Origin: Octopus bimaculoides
Taxonomy: Eukaryota
DNA length: 64,000 nt
NCBI RefSeq assembly: GCF_001194135.2
Contig: NC_068981.1
Location: 123,306,740-123,370,739 of the forward strand
Direction: 5' to 3'
Shown piece by piece: positions 35,836-49,270 of this stretch; position 1 is the stretch's first letter; each line of letters begins with the position of its first letter. The notes under the pieces were generated by a model. That model was not told the origin of the DNA and did not search any database. It was given only the letters and a program-made list of their open reading frames with translations. The position numbers and the translations under genes are program-made.

Positions 35836-35970
35836 CGACGGGCCCATTCCAGTTTCCGTCTAACAGATCCACTCACAAGGCTTTGGTCGGCCCGAAGACA
35901 CTTGCCCAAGGTACCACGCAATGGGACTGAACCCAGGTCCATGTTGTTGGTAAGCATGCTACTTACCACT
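35530..35970 (-). mobile_element. SINE family A, near full length, with expanded internal (TA)n(TG)n
   Basis: Minus strand: tRNA-like head GTGGTAAGTAGCATGCTTACC...GGGTTCAGTCCC (B-box-like), CORE-like GGTACCTTGGGCAAGTGTCTTC, a microsatellite, then a tail ending GCAGTCAAATGACTAAAACAAGTAAAA. Confidence 0.9.
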
Positions 35971-36358
35971 TACACATACATAGATAGAAAAATATTCATA
36001 CGTTACAACAAACATCTTCACTCACTCACTCATTCTCTCTCTCACACGTCCATTTCATATACACATACATACATCTTTCACTTTCTCCTCTCTTCAAAGC
36101 ATAAAGAAATTTTTTAAATTATTACGAAAATTAACTATAATATGATCTCATATGATCGAGGTAACAACTTTGATTCTTCAACGAAAGAATGCCATAACAT
36201 AACTTCCTAATGCATACACACATACACACATACACACAAACACTTTAGATAAAACTTCTGCACAAATTATATTATTTTTTGCTCTTTGCACGCGCAAATT
36301 TACAGCTCAAATCCAATTGAAATGAACTTTTTCTATTGAGTAATTTCGATTTAAATTT

Positions 36359-36736
36359 CAAAGGAAGTTTTCTCAGAAATTCTGTCCTTTGCTTCTTCTT
36401 TCTAGCATGTCAGATTTGATATTTGCGCTCCCCACTTCATTTTTCCTCAATTTCTTCCGATTCCTATGTTTGCCATAGGGGAGATTAGGATTTCACCCGC
36501 AAAATACTTTTTCAAAATTTTAATTTTCTCTCTCTCCACACCNNNNNNNNNNCAAAGGAAGTTTTCTCAGAAATTCTGTCCTTTGCTTCTTCTTTCTAGC
36601 ATGTCAGATTTGATATTTGCGCTCCCCACTTCATTTTTCCTCAATTTCTTCCGATTCCTATGTTTGCCATAGGGGAGATTAGGATTTCACCCGCAAAATA
36701 CTTTTTCAAAATTTTAATTTTCTCTCTCTCCACACC
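36359..36736. other. Exact 184-bp tandem duplication across a 10-N gap (probable assembly artefact)
   Basis: 36359-36542 and 36553-36736 read identically and are separated only by NNNNNNNNNN. Confidence 0.85.
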
Positions 36737-37664
36737 ACATTCATTTTTATTACTTTTTGCAAATATTTTCTTGGTAATCCATGAAGAAAAAACAGAGAGT
36801 ACGAATCTTTAAGAATTTTACCCATCACCTCACCACTTTCAAAAAGATACATACTCCCAATGTTTCACTTTTAGATTTTTGGAAAGCAAAGACGTTTCTT
36901 AAGAAAAGATATTGTTTACCTGTTGTTTCTAGCATGTCTGTTTTTCTAGTGGTGTTCTAGTATTTGTTACGTCTGCTATTTCACTAGAATTCTATGCATG
37001 CGGAAAAGAGCAGACAAAAGTGAATGATTGAGAGATTTTACCTTTTTGAAAGTGGGTAGCTAATGGGTGGCTGAGGTGAGGGAAATGGCATTGAGTGAAT
37101 AAGAAAAATTAAACCATAAAAGACATATATCTCCCAGATTCGTAATATCTGTATTTTGCTACATAGGTAACACGAAAAAAATTTGAGAACAGTTGCAAAT
37201 TCAGAAATTGCGGGGGAGATGGGAGGAAATTAAAATTTTGAAAACATGATTTCTGGACAAAATCGCATTAATTCTTTTTTATATGATGAAACAGTACATA
37301 GTTTCTGATCCTTCTTAAGATCAGAAAGCACTTTCATGCAAACGAACGGAAAACAAACACAGAAGGTCAAGTTGAAAAGCAAATAGTAAATGCACAGACG
37401 AACGGAAAACAGACAATTTCGTGCTATTATCTATAATATTGCATCTAGGCTGGAAAAAACTTACCGGGAATGCGACCAAATTATATGAAAACGAGACGGA
37501 CAAACAATAAATGAATGAACAAAAAATACGAAAATGGATATACTAATATGGATAAGAGTAATTTGAAACGAGACAGTCAAACGCAATTTCATACCATTAT
37601 TGATAATATTGCTTCCACTCTGAAGGCATCATACAATCGTTCGACATTTACGTTTATACATACA

Positions 37665-37724
37665 TACATACATACATACATACATACATGCATGCATACA
37701 TGCATACATGCATACATACATACA

Positions 37725-37760
<36 letters not shown>

Positions 37761-37762
37761 TA
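37665..37762. repeat. (ATAC)n/(ATGC) tetranucleotide microsatellite
   Basis: Seen directly. Confidence 0.95.
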
Positions 37763-37899
37763 TGCACCACTACATATAATGATAAAGAGAACAGAGTATG
37801 TCGAGAATATATATATAAAAGAACAAACAGATGACACCGAGAAAAAACAAAGGTATGTAATGAACTTCATAGCTTAGAGATGTTTATACTATAAGATAC

Positions 37900-38300
37900 G
37901 TTGGTCTTTTAGTTGAGTACCCGGATATCATCATATAGCTTCTTCGGAGCCTTGAAAATGAGCTAAAGTTTTTCTTCATACCCGAATCTTCAGTGATAAT
38001 AGATTGAACTAAACCGTAACTAATCTGCATATCCTCTGAAAATCCACGGATGGTGATTCCTCTACGATGTTTTTCTCAGTTCTGCTGTTTGAGGGTCTCC
38101 CTGAACGTTCGTCAATATTGACATTTTTCGGCCATCTTGGAAACGTGTAAATCACTCGTACACTTGCGTGCTGCTCATACACTCCTCTCCATACACTTTG
38201 TGCAATTTTGTGTTGGCCTCTGAGCAGGTATCTCCATGACAACTTTCCCTGTAGTCGTCAATGCGACGATCACACGCTACACATATTCCTTCTAAGCACT
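37900..38300 (-). mobile_element. Mariner transposase N-terminal (paired-like HTH) remnant
   Basis: Across frames: KLHKVYGEECMSSTQVYE*FTRFQDG, NVNIDERSGRPSNSRTEKNIV and RRGITIRGFSEDMQISYGLVQSIITEDSGMKK, which are typical mariner HTH segments. Confidence 0.85.
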
Positions 38301-39308
38301 GCTATAAACAGCGGAAGTGTGCTACCACTTTAAAACTTAGTGCGCATACAAAGCAAATCCAAGGTCAGTGTTTGCAAAGCAGCTTTACTTTTTGTGCTTT
38401 AGCTTCGTTACCATGGCAGCAGTCCGGATACTTATTGACCAGACCTCGTTTATTTATATATATATATATATATACAGTTAATTCGAGGAAGCCACTTTCT
38501 CATTACAGATTACATAATCCAAGGTATTCCACTGTTTTAATCTGTATGATATAATGGGAAAGTCATATGCTTAGGGTTCTTGAAATTATCAATATTGAAG
38601 AAAATTGAGGTGAAGAAAACGGAAAATAAATGGATATAATTACTGATTTATTTGCCTGTTATAAAACGATGACTTTTTTCTTGAAAAAAACATTACAAAT
38701 AAATAAATTGATTAGAATTTAAAAGCACAAGGGAAAATAAATTAAAATATATCAACAGGAAAAATAACCTACATATACGTTTCAGTCTTACCATCTTGTT
38801 GTTGGGAATCTCCAAGCATATTGTTTAATGCTAAGAAGTTGCCACATTCAAGCTATATTGTGGCACGACTTCGTCAAGGTTGAAAAAGTGCTAACGCAAC
38901 TTTCTATCATTCTATCTTTTCAAGGAAGAGTATAGTATTAGCAGGTTAAAAACTATGTAATGAGATTTTATTTGACTGGAAGGTTTTGAATATTTGTGAA
39001 TGTACTATATACCGTATATTATAATTTGGAAACATGAATAAGTAAATAAATACAGACATTAATATAAAGATGAATAAAGTATACTAGTAAAATAAATATA
39101 ATGAAAAAAAAACGACAGCTAAACATCAAACAAAAATAAAATGAAATAAGATAAATATAAATATAAAGATAAAAGTATTACAAAATTAAAATACAATAAA
39201 AGAAATATGAGAAAAACTAAGATCTATGGATTATTCTAAGAATAATCCTTAGATTCTTGAAATAATCCATAGATTAGCAATGAAAATTCTTGCAATCTCT
39301 TCAATAGT

Positions 39309-39491
39309 CGACTATTGCTGAGGCTGCAAGAAGCAGCCAAAATTTTAGAAGAAATAAATAAGTAAATGCGTAGAAATCGAACCGGTGAGTGTGTTAATTA
39401 ATCACGCATTAAAACAGAATGACTCTCCCTAAACACAATAAAATATACCTCAACACACGAATTCACATAAGGAACCTTGCAAACCGAATAC

Positions 39492-39495
<4 letters not shown>
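39309..39495 (+). repeat. Unclassified dispersed repeat, copy 2 (copy 1 at 15029-15200)
   Basis: Homologous to copy 1, and carries an extra segment of about 20 bp bounded by acac repeats. Confidence 0.8.
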
Positions 39496-39549
<54 letters not shown>

Positions 39550-42500
39550 TACACACATACATGAATGCGTGAAAGTGTAAGTTTTCCAACAATGGAGAAT
39601 TATTTGTATATCTTCGATGTAATTTTTCATGTATCTACGTAAATCCATATGTGTGCACATTTTGTGCCCAAAACTTTGAGGTATTCAATGCCAAAATATA
39701 CTGAGGTTTTGTACAGAATTTCCAATTTCGCTCACATTGTGATAACACTGTGGATGACACATGACTAACTTTTTATCTACTTTGTGTTAGGGTATCAGTA
39801 TTTATTCTATGCAGTAATAAATATCTGAGGAACCATCTTAGTAAAATAAAGTACAGCTTATTTGATATGTAAAAAATGTATTAGGACAATTGATGCTTGA
39901 CATATTTAAGATACAAGGAAAATATCTAACACACCGAAACACATAGACGAAAAGTATTATACAAATAACCCTTGTGCACATGCGCAAAATCACATTAAGC
40001 AATACATATTATATTTTATACCGTATACATAATCAGCTACAAAATATAAATAAATAAAAAGAGACAGTTTTTTCCCAATACTTGCATAAGGAAATGGAAA
40101 ACTTAAAGGAAAGTTTCTTGATATGAAATGATGTGATAATATTCAAGAATGTACAATACAGCACTGATACCAAATATAAATTAAAGCATGTATAAATACA
40201 TGTGCGTGCTATAAAAGGATTGTATAAGTGTTCGTGCAGACAAAAACAAACTAAACTAAAGTGACGTTCTTGTACGTAGTCATACATATATTGAGATATT
40301 CATGTTTAATACAGGCATTGTATGCAGGTGAGGGCGCACGCCCACACACATCATGTATTTCTGTGCTAAAATATAAATACATAATATTTTATATGAGCAA
40401 GTACGTGTTAGCTTGTACATTTGCAAAGATGAAAGCGGATAGAGATCAAAAACGTATAGACGTATATAATACATGTATATATATATATATATATATNNNN
40501 NNNNNNNNNNNNNNNNNNNNNNNNNNNNNNNNNNNNNNNNNNNNNNNNNNNNNNNNNNNNNNNNNNNNNNNNNNNNNNNNNNNNNNNNNNNNNNNNNNNN
40601 NNNNNNNNNNNNNNNNNNNNNNNNNNNNNNNNNNNNNNNNNNNNNNNNNNNNNNNNNNNNNNNNNNNNNNNNNNNNNNNNNNNNNNNNNNNNNNNNNNNN
40701 NNNNNNNNNNNNNNNNNNNNNNNNNNNNNNNNNNNNNNNNNNNNNNNNNNNNNNNNNNNNNNNNNNNNNNNNNNNNNNNNNNNNNNNNNNNNNNNNNNNN
40801 NNNNNNNNNNNNNNNNNNNNNNNNNNNNNNNNNNNNNNNNNNNNNNNNNNNNNNNNNNNNNNNNNNNNNNNNNNNNNNNNNNNNNNNNNNNNNNNNNNNN
40901 NNNNNNNNNNNNNNNNNNNNNNNNNNNNNNNNNNNNNNNNNNNNNNNNNNNNNNNNNNNNNNNNNNNNNNNNNNNNNNNNNNNNNNNNNNNNNNNNNNNN
41001 NNNNNNNNNNNNNNNNNNNNNNNNNNNNNNNNNNNNNNNNNNNNNNNNNNNNNNNNNNNNNNNNNNNNNNNNNNNNNNNNNNNNNNNNNNNNNNNNNNNN
41101 NNNNNNNNNNNNNNNNNNNNNNNNNNNNNNNNNNNNNNNNNNNNNNNNNNNNNNNNNNNNNNNNNNNNNNNNNNNNNNNNNNNNNNNNNNNNNNNNNNNN
41201 NNNNNNNNNNNNNNNNNNNNNNNNNNNNNNNNNNNNNNNNNNNNNNNNNNNNNNNNNNNNNNNNNNNNNNNNNNNNNNNNNNNNNNNNNNNNNNNNNNNN
41301 NNNNNNNNNNNNNNNNNNNNNNNNNNNNNNNNNNNNNNNNNNNNNNNNNNNNNNNNNNNNNNNNNNNNNNNNNNNNNNNNNNNNNNNNNNNNNNNNNNNN
41401 NNNNNNNNNNNNNNNNNNNNNNNNNNNNNNNNNNNNNNNNNNNNNNNNNNNNNNNNNNNNNNNNNNNNNNNNNNNNNNNNNNNNNNNNNNNNNNATATAT
41501 ACCATCAACATATAAACACACACACACACACACACACTAAACACTTACTCTCATCGGTGAAACAAACAATACTTGTGAATTCGTTGAATCACACGATATT
41601 AAACAGCAAATTCCTAATTCATACCGAAATACTATTCAAAGTGCACATCAAACGCAAGCATATTCATTCCTCGTCTACTTATCGAAATATATTATATGAA
41701 ATACATGACACTAGTATGTAATATCTGTGTTATTTCCTTTTACTTTCCGGCTATTGTATTTGAAATCTTCCAACGACACTCACAACGAAGAAACTTGATA
41801 GAAACTACATTTTCCTGTGAATATATTTATGTTTTATATGTATTTTCCAGTGATATTTTGTGTGTCTATTGACTGAGTAATACTTTTATGTTATTTGTTG
41901 TTGAAGTTAATCCATTCACCGAGCTAACCCCTCTAAAATTCATTGTAAATGCCACGACATCTCTACATCTCGTCTCCTCGCATGAGGAAATAATGAAGTC
42001 AAATCATGCAACAAGATTTCCCAGCAAAAATACCTGTGTCCTTACGTTCCTACGTAATATGAATCAACGTAAACTTTTCGTTTTCTAGTTGTAGTTACTT
42101 TCCTAGAAAATATTCCAGGGGAAATATATGACAATATAGAAACACCATACCGTTCTTTATAAGACTAGAGGTCTTACTCTCATATAGATATCAATGATTT
42201 TGCACAAATATCGGCAGCATTAATACAGTTAGAATCTTAGACAAGCAGATCCCCTTGCTGTAAAATTTTAGCGTTATAGTAATGTGTCTACGGACGGCAT
42301 GTGTAGAAATATATTGCGCTGATCGCTATAGTTACCTACAATACATTAAAATCCTCTTTAGATTTGTCACTCATATGATTCACTCCAGACAAAAATAAGC
42401 ACTTAAGTATAAAACTCAATGATAATAAAAGAATCTCCTTGTTCATACAACTCGCTTGAGAATTACCTCGTGTGAGTTATTCGATTGTAACTGATAGTTT

Positions 42501-44031
42501 TCAAATCGGCACCTTTTAAGCTCAAATAATACAGGGAATATGTTTTCTCAGTCCATATACAGCTATATGTGTGCTTGTAAGTAAGCATGTATGTGTGTGT
42601 ACGTGTAGTAAAGTTTCATCATGTTGTGTAATCCAAACACATTCAAATGGCTCACTACCAGCTTCATCGGCAGTTCAAAAAAAAATTACTATTTCTGATT
42701 GGTTAACAATCCATTTGTCTTTGGTGCGTTCTACTTCAAGAATGCATGTATCAATTTGAACCAATACATTTTTTTATAGTTATAAATAGCAATAAAATAA
42801 TTTCAGTGAGGACCACTCTGCATGTTTGTATATTACAAATTTTTGTTCTGCTAATAAATTTGGCCAGCTTTATGTACGTTTTCAACCGCATACTCTTCTA
42901 TTAATTTGTAACTCTGTCTTGTTTTGACACAACAATCTCTTGTAAAACGTGCTTTTTTTCAGAGAACTTAAATTACATACATATCAGCAAACGTTTGTTA
43001 AATTCTGTATGCATCCACAAACTTGTATATTATACATGGTCATAGACATTGCTCACAGGGAATTTTTTTTTATTCTCAGATATATGCATTTGACATGTAA
43101 CTTCTTCTGGCATGTATACTTTGGTTTACTTAAAAAGTTCTATATCTACGTATTGTGGTTGTCTTCTTGCAACTGGTTTGCAGTATTTCTCAGAAACTAC
43201 TTCTTGGAAACATCAAACTCGATTAATAATCGAAAGCATCTGACAACGTTTTACCGCTTTGTAACAGAGAAGGAATACAATTCAATACGTATTGTAAATT
43301 GAACTAAATATTGAACTATTTCTGTGTTGAAGTTATATATGATGCATGAAATAATAACAAGCTCAGTATATGTAATATGCATATACATTTATATATAAAC
43401 ACCTGAATGATCATTTAGGCATCATTCATATCTGCGAAGCAGAACACAGGAATTTTACATCAAAAATTAGATGAATATAAAAGAAATTGTTTTAGAATAT
43501 AGAAAGTAATTCAAAGAAGAAAAGGTTTTGCTATTGTATCTGAAGCAATTAATGCTACAAGGAGATATTAGGGATAGTGGATACGTCACTAAATTTGAAT
43601 AAAAAAAACAAATGCAGGCAAAAAAAAAACAAATGCAGTTTTTGTACTGTTCCATTTACCACATTTTGGGGTTGCTCTATCTTGTATCGTTTTTAATCCG
43701 CATATAAGTAACAGTCTAATATAAAGTGATATACACATAATTTATTTTTATCATTTTACTGCACATAGACCAAAGTATGAATAGAAATACAGTGTAAGAA
43801 ATCTTCTGAATATTTTGGTTAAAATTACAAAATTATGAAAGATTACTTCTAAGATTTAAAAGAAATCTGCTAGATCGCTTACATTTGGTGCTTTTTCCAA
43901 TATATCCAATATCCGTCGGAATGTTTACTGTGTTACCAAGACCATTATCCAAAACAATAAAATCTTTGGAAGTGTTATTAGTTGTTCTATTTCCCAGTTA
44001 TATTTTGTCGCTGTTTAATATGATCAGACCA

Positions 44032-44228
44032 CAAGGTGGCGAGCTGGCAGAAACGTTAGCTCGCAGGGCGAATGCTTAGCCGTATTTCGTCTGTCTTTAC
44101 GTTATGAGTTCAAATTCCGCCGAGGTCGACTTTGCCTTTCATCCTTTCGGGGTCAATAAATTAAGTACCAGTTGCCTACTGGCCCCACCTCACCAAAACT
44201 TTCGGGTCCTGTGCCTAGAGTAGAAAAG
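44032..44228 (+). mobile_element. SINE family C, full length, with 15-bp TSD
   Basis: Head GGTGGCGAGCTGGCAGAAACGTTAGC, B-box GAGTTCAAATTCC, centre GTCGACTTTGCCTTTCATCCTTTCGGGGTC and tail GTGCCTAGAGTAGAAAAG. The perfect TSD AATATGATCAGACCA lies at 44017-44031 and 44229-44243. Confidence 0.95.
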
Positions 44229-45124
44229 AATATGATCAGACCATGTTTATATCACCGATTACCTAAGTTTCAATCAATTCTCTCCATATTTGTTCTGTAG
44301 CTTTCGGCTGTTTGCTAGATTCAAGAGGTCCATGATGTACTACTTACCTTAAAATATACAAATGATATTTATCATTTAGGTAATCAGATTGAAACGACAT
44401 TGTAGCAATGTAAACTCCCTAGATATAAGCAGCTCATAATTTTTAATTCTATGGTTACTATCTCTAACAAGGTAATTGACAATATAGAGACTTTCTTTCT
44501 AGTTTGTTAGCTGTTTCAAAATACTAGGACAAATTGTGATTCAGAAGTATACATTTCAATCACGTGTATCTAAGTCCGATTGGCATGACATGTTTAACGA
44601 CCACGAGCATCATTCAACCAGACCTTTGTCGTTTTAGAAGATAAACATTGCGTACAGACTAAGATGTCAGACTAAGATGCAATTTGCATTCTTCTGGGTA
44701 TTTTGGATTTTCTAATCACTATTTCCCATATATATATCATAATGCAGAAATTTCCTTATTAATTAGGTATGAAACAGTGACTAGAAGTACTAAAAGAAAG
44801 CAATTATTAAAGGCTTGACCGTTTGAAAATATTTTTATAAATTCATGTTCTAAGAAATTTCCTATAATTTCCATTTTTGAAGTTATTCAATTTTTGAACT
44901 CCAATTTTTCGCAAATTTAAATATTCATTGCATTCACTGAATCCAATTTCTCACAAATTTAAATATTTTTTGTTTCCACTGCAGAGCAGATTTTATTGTT
45001 ATTGTTTAATAATAACCAATATTAATTCGTTACGAGCGATATTTTCCGTTTTCATTTACAACAGTCTCTCACTCTTTCTCACCTCTATTTGCATTAATGA
45101 TAATTCATATATAACTGCATAACG

Positions 45125-46055
45125 TTGATTCGAGGCACAATTTCAAGAATATTATCAGTTTCTGGAGATTGCTAAATGAATATATCTTTTATAATATGAA
45201 AATGTTCTAATGTACCGGTATAATTTTTAAGTGATATTTTCTAATATGCCGGTATAATTTTTTAAGTTGAATGAATGCATGCTCTTGGACAAAATAGCTG
45301 TATATCTTTGATACGAGGCACAATTTACAGAATATCATCAATTTCCGCAGTTTGTTAAATGAATATTTTTGATAAAAGGATAATTATTTTAATATACCGG
45401 CATGAGTTTTTTAAATTAAGAAGTAATCTTCAAAATATAGCTCTTTGGAACGCCATAAGTCTTACAATAATAACTACCCGGACCGATTTTGGCCATTTTT
45501 TTTTTAAACTTAAAAACCATGTTAGGAACCATTTTGGTAAAAGAAAAATGTAAGTATTTTCAGAGGAAAATTTGAACAATTCAAGGGAGTTTTGGCTGTT
45601 TTTTAATATACCAGTATAATTTTTGTAAAAGAAAAAGAAGTGGTTTTGTTGTTATGACTGTTTGGAACGCTGTAAGACTCACAATAATGACTGTCCGGAA
45701 CGATTGTAGTAATTTTCTTTTTAATTAAAAATCATGGGAGGAGCATTTTCGGTAGCAAAAGAGAATAATTAAAAGAAATGTTCAGAGGAAAAAAATTAAG
45801 AGGAAACATTCAATGGAGTTTTGGCTGTTTTTTAATTTACCAGCATAATTTTGATGGAAAAAAAGAAGTGATTTCATTCTTATGGCTGTTTGGAATGCTA
45901 TACACCTCGCAATAATAACTATCCGGTCCGATTTTGGCCATTATTTAAATTAAGAACCATGGGAGGAGCCTTTTCTGTAACAAAAAACAAAATTGTAAAT
46001 ATTTTCTGAGGAATAGGTGAACAATTCAAAGAAGTTAAGGAAATTTTGGCTGTTG
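45125..46055 (+). repeat. Complex tandem repeat: two units of about 183 bp, then three units of about 220-230 bp
   Basis: ttgat.cgaggcacaattt at 45125 and 45308; ccgg.ccgattttggccatt-type block at about 45478, 45696 and 45922; ttttggctgtt at about 45590, 45819 and 46044. Confidence 0.85.
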
Positions 46056-46559
46056 TTTCCAGCAAAACCAAATCTCCCTCCGTTTTCACTCTCACGTGTA
46101 TTGATGCTTTTTCAATATTTTTCTCCTATTAAACACATTTTATCGAATGATGATGTTTGAGTGATACACGCGTGGTCCACTGGTGGGATATAAGCAACAA
46201 AAACATAGTAATCTTTATTTTTACCCACACTTCAGTCAATCGAAGCCGTGTGTGTGTGTAAGGAACATTTTCTAACAGAAAAGTATGCTATTCAAATGAA
46301 TTATCGTTTACATAATTCTATCTTTAAATCACAGTGGATAAATATCAACAATTACCTTCTCAGGTTCTCCAATATTTTAATTTATAAACAGAAACAATCG
46401 GTCCGGAGTGGGATGATGTGGGAGAGGGGAGTTAAAATATTTTTCAAAAGTTTTTCTTATACAAAGTTGACCTCCGCTCCATCATTTGGAAGTCTATGGT
46501 TTAAAGAAAAGTGGGTAAAATCCCTGTCAAAACAGAGTAGTTTTAACTTATTCAGACTT

Positions 46560-47256
46560 CCTGATCCGAAACTCCTCTCCCCACCTGTCGGGAAAATTTT
46601 GCCTACAACTTTCTTTATAATCGTAATCTATGCTCTTTATAAACTTTCATTAAAAGATACCCATTTCCTGGAAGTTATGAGGGAAAAGTCGGATCGCATG
46701 AATTTTCCCAAACTCCTCTCTCCAACATCTCGGAATAATTCTTTCCCATAAATCCCTATATGTTCTGAAGCCAAAACATCTAACTGGTATTTGTAGAAAA
46801 TTTCATTAAAAAGTATCCATTTTCTGGATGTTATGAGGTAACAAAGTCGGGGGCATCTATAGTTGTGCCCTTTTATTTCTACAATTTTTCATTTCATATT
46901 TATTTCATCCATTGTTTGCAATGTTCTCTCTCCCTCAATCTCTCTTACACACGCAACAAAGCTTACAGATGGGTTGCTGAATTGAAATCTCTATGTTACT
47001 TTGAGAGGAAAGTAAAACTTAACAAACTGCTTCCCCTTCCGTAGTTGGACTAGCTTGATGTTTGTTTAAAAAACAGAGATTATGACTGTGATAAAATAAT
47101 GAAAGCAATATTTACTGACAAAATGAGCACTATTATACAAAGAAATAATTAGATGTAAAATATCATAAAAAATATTAGAATTAGGAATCAAAAGAATTGG
47201 GAAAATATTATCAAATGGCTAACAGAAAACCGCCCGCTGGATGGTCTTTCTACTAG
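46560..47256 (+). mobile_element. Possible non-autonomous Helitron-like remnant with internal repeats of about 150 bp and a degenerate 3' hairpin plus CTAG
   Basis: aaactcctctc.cca at 46570 and 46710; tttcattaaaa...ttatgagg twice; ACCGCCCGCTGGATGGT (imperfect hairpin) ends 7 nt before CTAG|T at 47253-47257. Confidence 0.35.
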
Positions 47257-47914
47257 TATACATATAACGTTAATATATATATATATATATGTATATATAA
47301 ATTTAAAGAATGGAGTAAACGCATGTTATAACTGCATACTTTTATATATATATATGTCAGTATTTTCTTTTTATCGTGAACATATTTGTATATATTAGGG
47401 AAGCAGAGTTAATATTTAATCACCCAACATTAATCCGGTGTATATCTGTGTTGCTTTCGAATAAAGGGGCATATCACTTTTGAAAGATTTCCTTCGATCA
47501 CCCTCAACCTCGCATCCTCCGCATCTTGGAATAGTGGAATTCAAATTCATACATTTATATGGCATCTTTATTCCTAATGCGTTTTACAACTGCTTAAACA
47601 TAAAAAAAATATATTATAGTTTGCCACAAAAACATTTACTGATATTCTGAATTTCGCAATAGCTACTTCGAAACTAGGTTTTATCGTAGAGTATGGTTTT
47701 ACATGTTGCGTCTAATGATAATACTGTATATTCTTACTTGGTTATAAGTTAGAGCATTTCGAAAGTAGACAGTTAACGATTGCAATGAGTGTGATCGAAA
47801 TCTATGAAGTATAAAAAGTGCAGGTATATCATAGATATCATTGCATTGCAAGACGCGCAGATTTTTATGTGTATATATACACGAAAGTGTTATACACACA
47901 CACATACATATATA

Positions 47915-47950
<36 letters not shown>

Positions 47951-48166
47951 TACATGAAATACAAGCGCATATTTTACAACTATATATTAGGTATGCACTT
48001 TTTCATATGCGGTTCGACTGACATGCATTATGAATGGCAGGGATATGGGATAAGTTTAAATTTTTCATTGCAAGTTATGCTTTGGCACGCTTAGTTTATA
48101 GATAAATATGCTAACTATTCAGCCGGTAATCTCGAAATCGAGAAAGAAAAAGGAAAAAAGCTAATA

Positions 48167-48315
48167 TGTCTATGTATGTATGTATGTATGTATGTATGTA
48201 TATATGTATGCATGCATGTATGCATGTGTGTATGTATTTATGTATGTATGTATGTATGTATGTATGCATGTATGTATGCATATATGTATGTATGTATGTA
48301 TGTTTGTATGTATGT
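48167..48315. repeat. (TATG)n microsatellite
   Basis: Seen directly. Confidence 0.95.
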
Positions 48316-48944
48316 AAGAATCTACGAGGTGATGCGCATATGTGTGAATTAGAAACATTAGTATTACATATCTACTGCGAGCTGATATCGGCAAAATAAT
48401 GTTCGGGGCGGTGAGTTCAAAACACTCCACCTAATTATGTCTATTATAATTTCATATAAACATTAAGCAGAATACCCAGCATTGAGCACATTTATATTTG
48501 TTACACAATGTATTTGCCATTCGTTGAAATAATGTTCCTGATATGTGAAAGTGTAACACATTCAGCAACGCTAAGAATTCATTCTTCAACAATGGTTAAT
48601 TTCCCCGTTCCGGTGTACATATTCATATGTGATTCCGTATTTCACACTGAAGAGAAGGAAATATTCTGATGTCTTCGCAAATTATTAATGGAATGTGACA
48701 TGTATTCTAGTGTATTTTTCGATAACCACCAATCATAACGAACTCTTAAAATAACAAATCTCATTGTTTCCGAAGACATTTGCCTACATACCGTTTGTTT
48801 GCTATCTTTCGTTAATCATTTGAATAATCAGCAACTTGAAATCTAGTTGTAGTATTCAAGGAAGTGCAGTTTCTAACGCAATGTACTCTTATTGTTATAA
48901 CTAATACAGATGACATTAATTATCAGGGATGTTGTCTTCTGGTT

Positions 48945-49270
48945 TGTTAACAAGTCACTTCAAATCTCAAGTTTCCGTCGTAGTACTTTTGCAGAAAATA
49001 TATCTGAACTTTCCTGTGGTTCGAGAGTGCAAGTTTAAAATCCATTCTCTAAGGTAGTGATTTAATCGTTGTGATAATTGTCCCAGTTACCACTGGAACA
49101 AATGTCGCTTTAGTTTACGATATCTTCATCTCTCTTTATAAGTCCTTATACTTCTCATTTTTTGCAATTTCTATCGTATCTACTCTGTTATCAAACGGAC
49201 TTGCAAATAAATAGTCAGCACTAAAAAGAAACACCTTACAAACAATATTTTTTTATAACCAGGCGTAAGC
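48945..49270 (-). mobile_element. R4/Dong-type LINE C-terminal RLE remnant
   Basis: The minus strand gives DYLFASPFDNRVDTIEIAKNEKYKDL*REMKIS*TKATFVPVVTG, followed by ..LRRKLEI*, matching the D.A.P.D..V...E..K..KY.DL..E and VPVV.G patterns. Confidence 0.7.

Noticed and set aside
36359-36736. Perfect 184-bp tandem duplication
   Set aside because: Identical copies separated by exactly 10 N are the signature of an unmerged contig overlap, so it was not treated as biology.
45125-46055. Regularly spaced repeats considered as a CRISPR-like array
   Set aside because: Whole units of about 183-230 bp are homologous with no unique spacers, there are no cas genes, and the context is eukaryotic.
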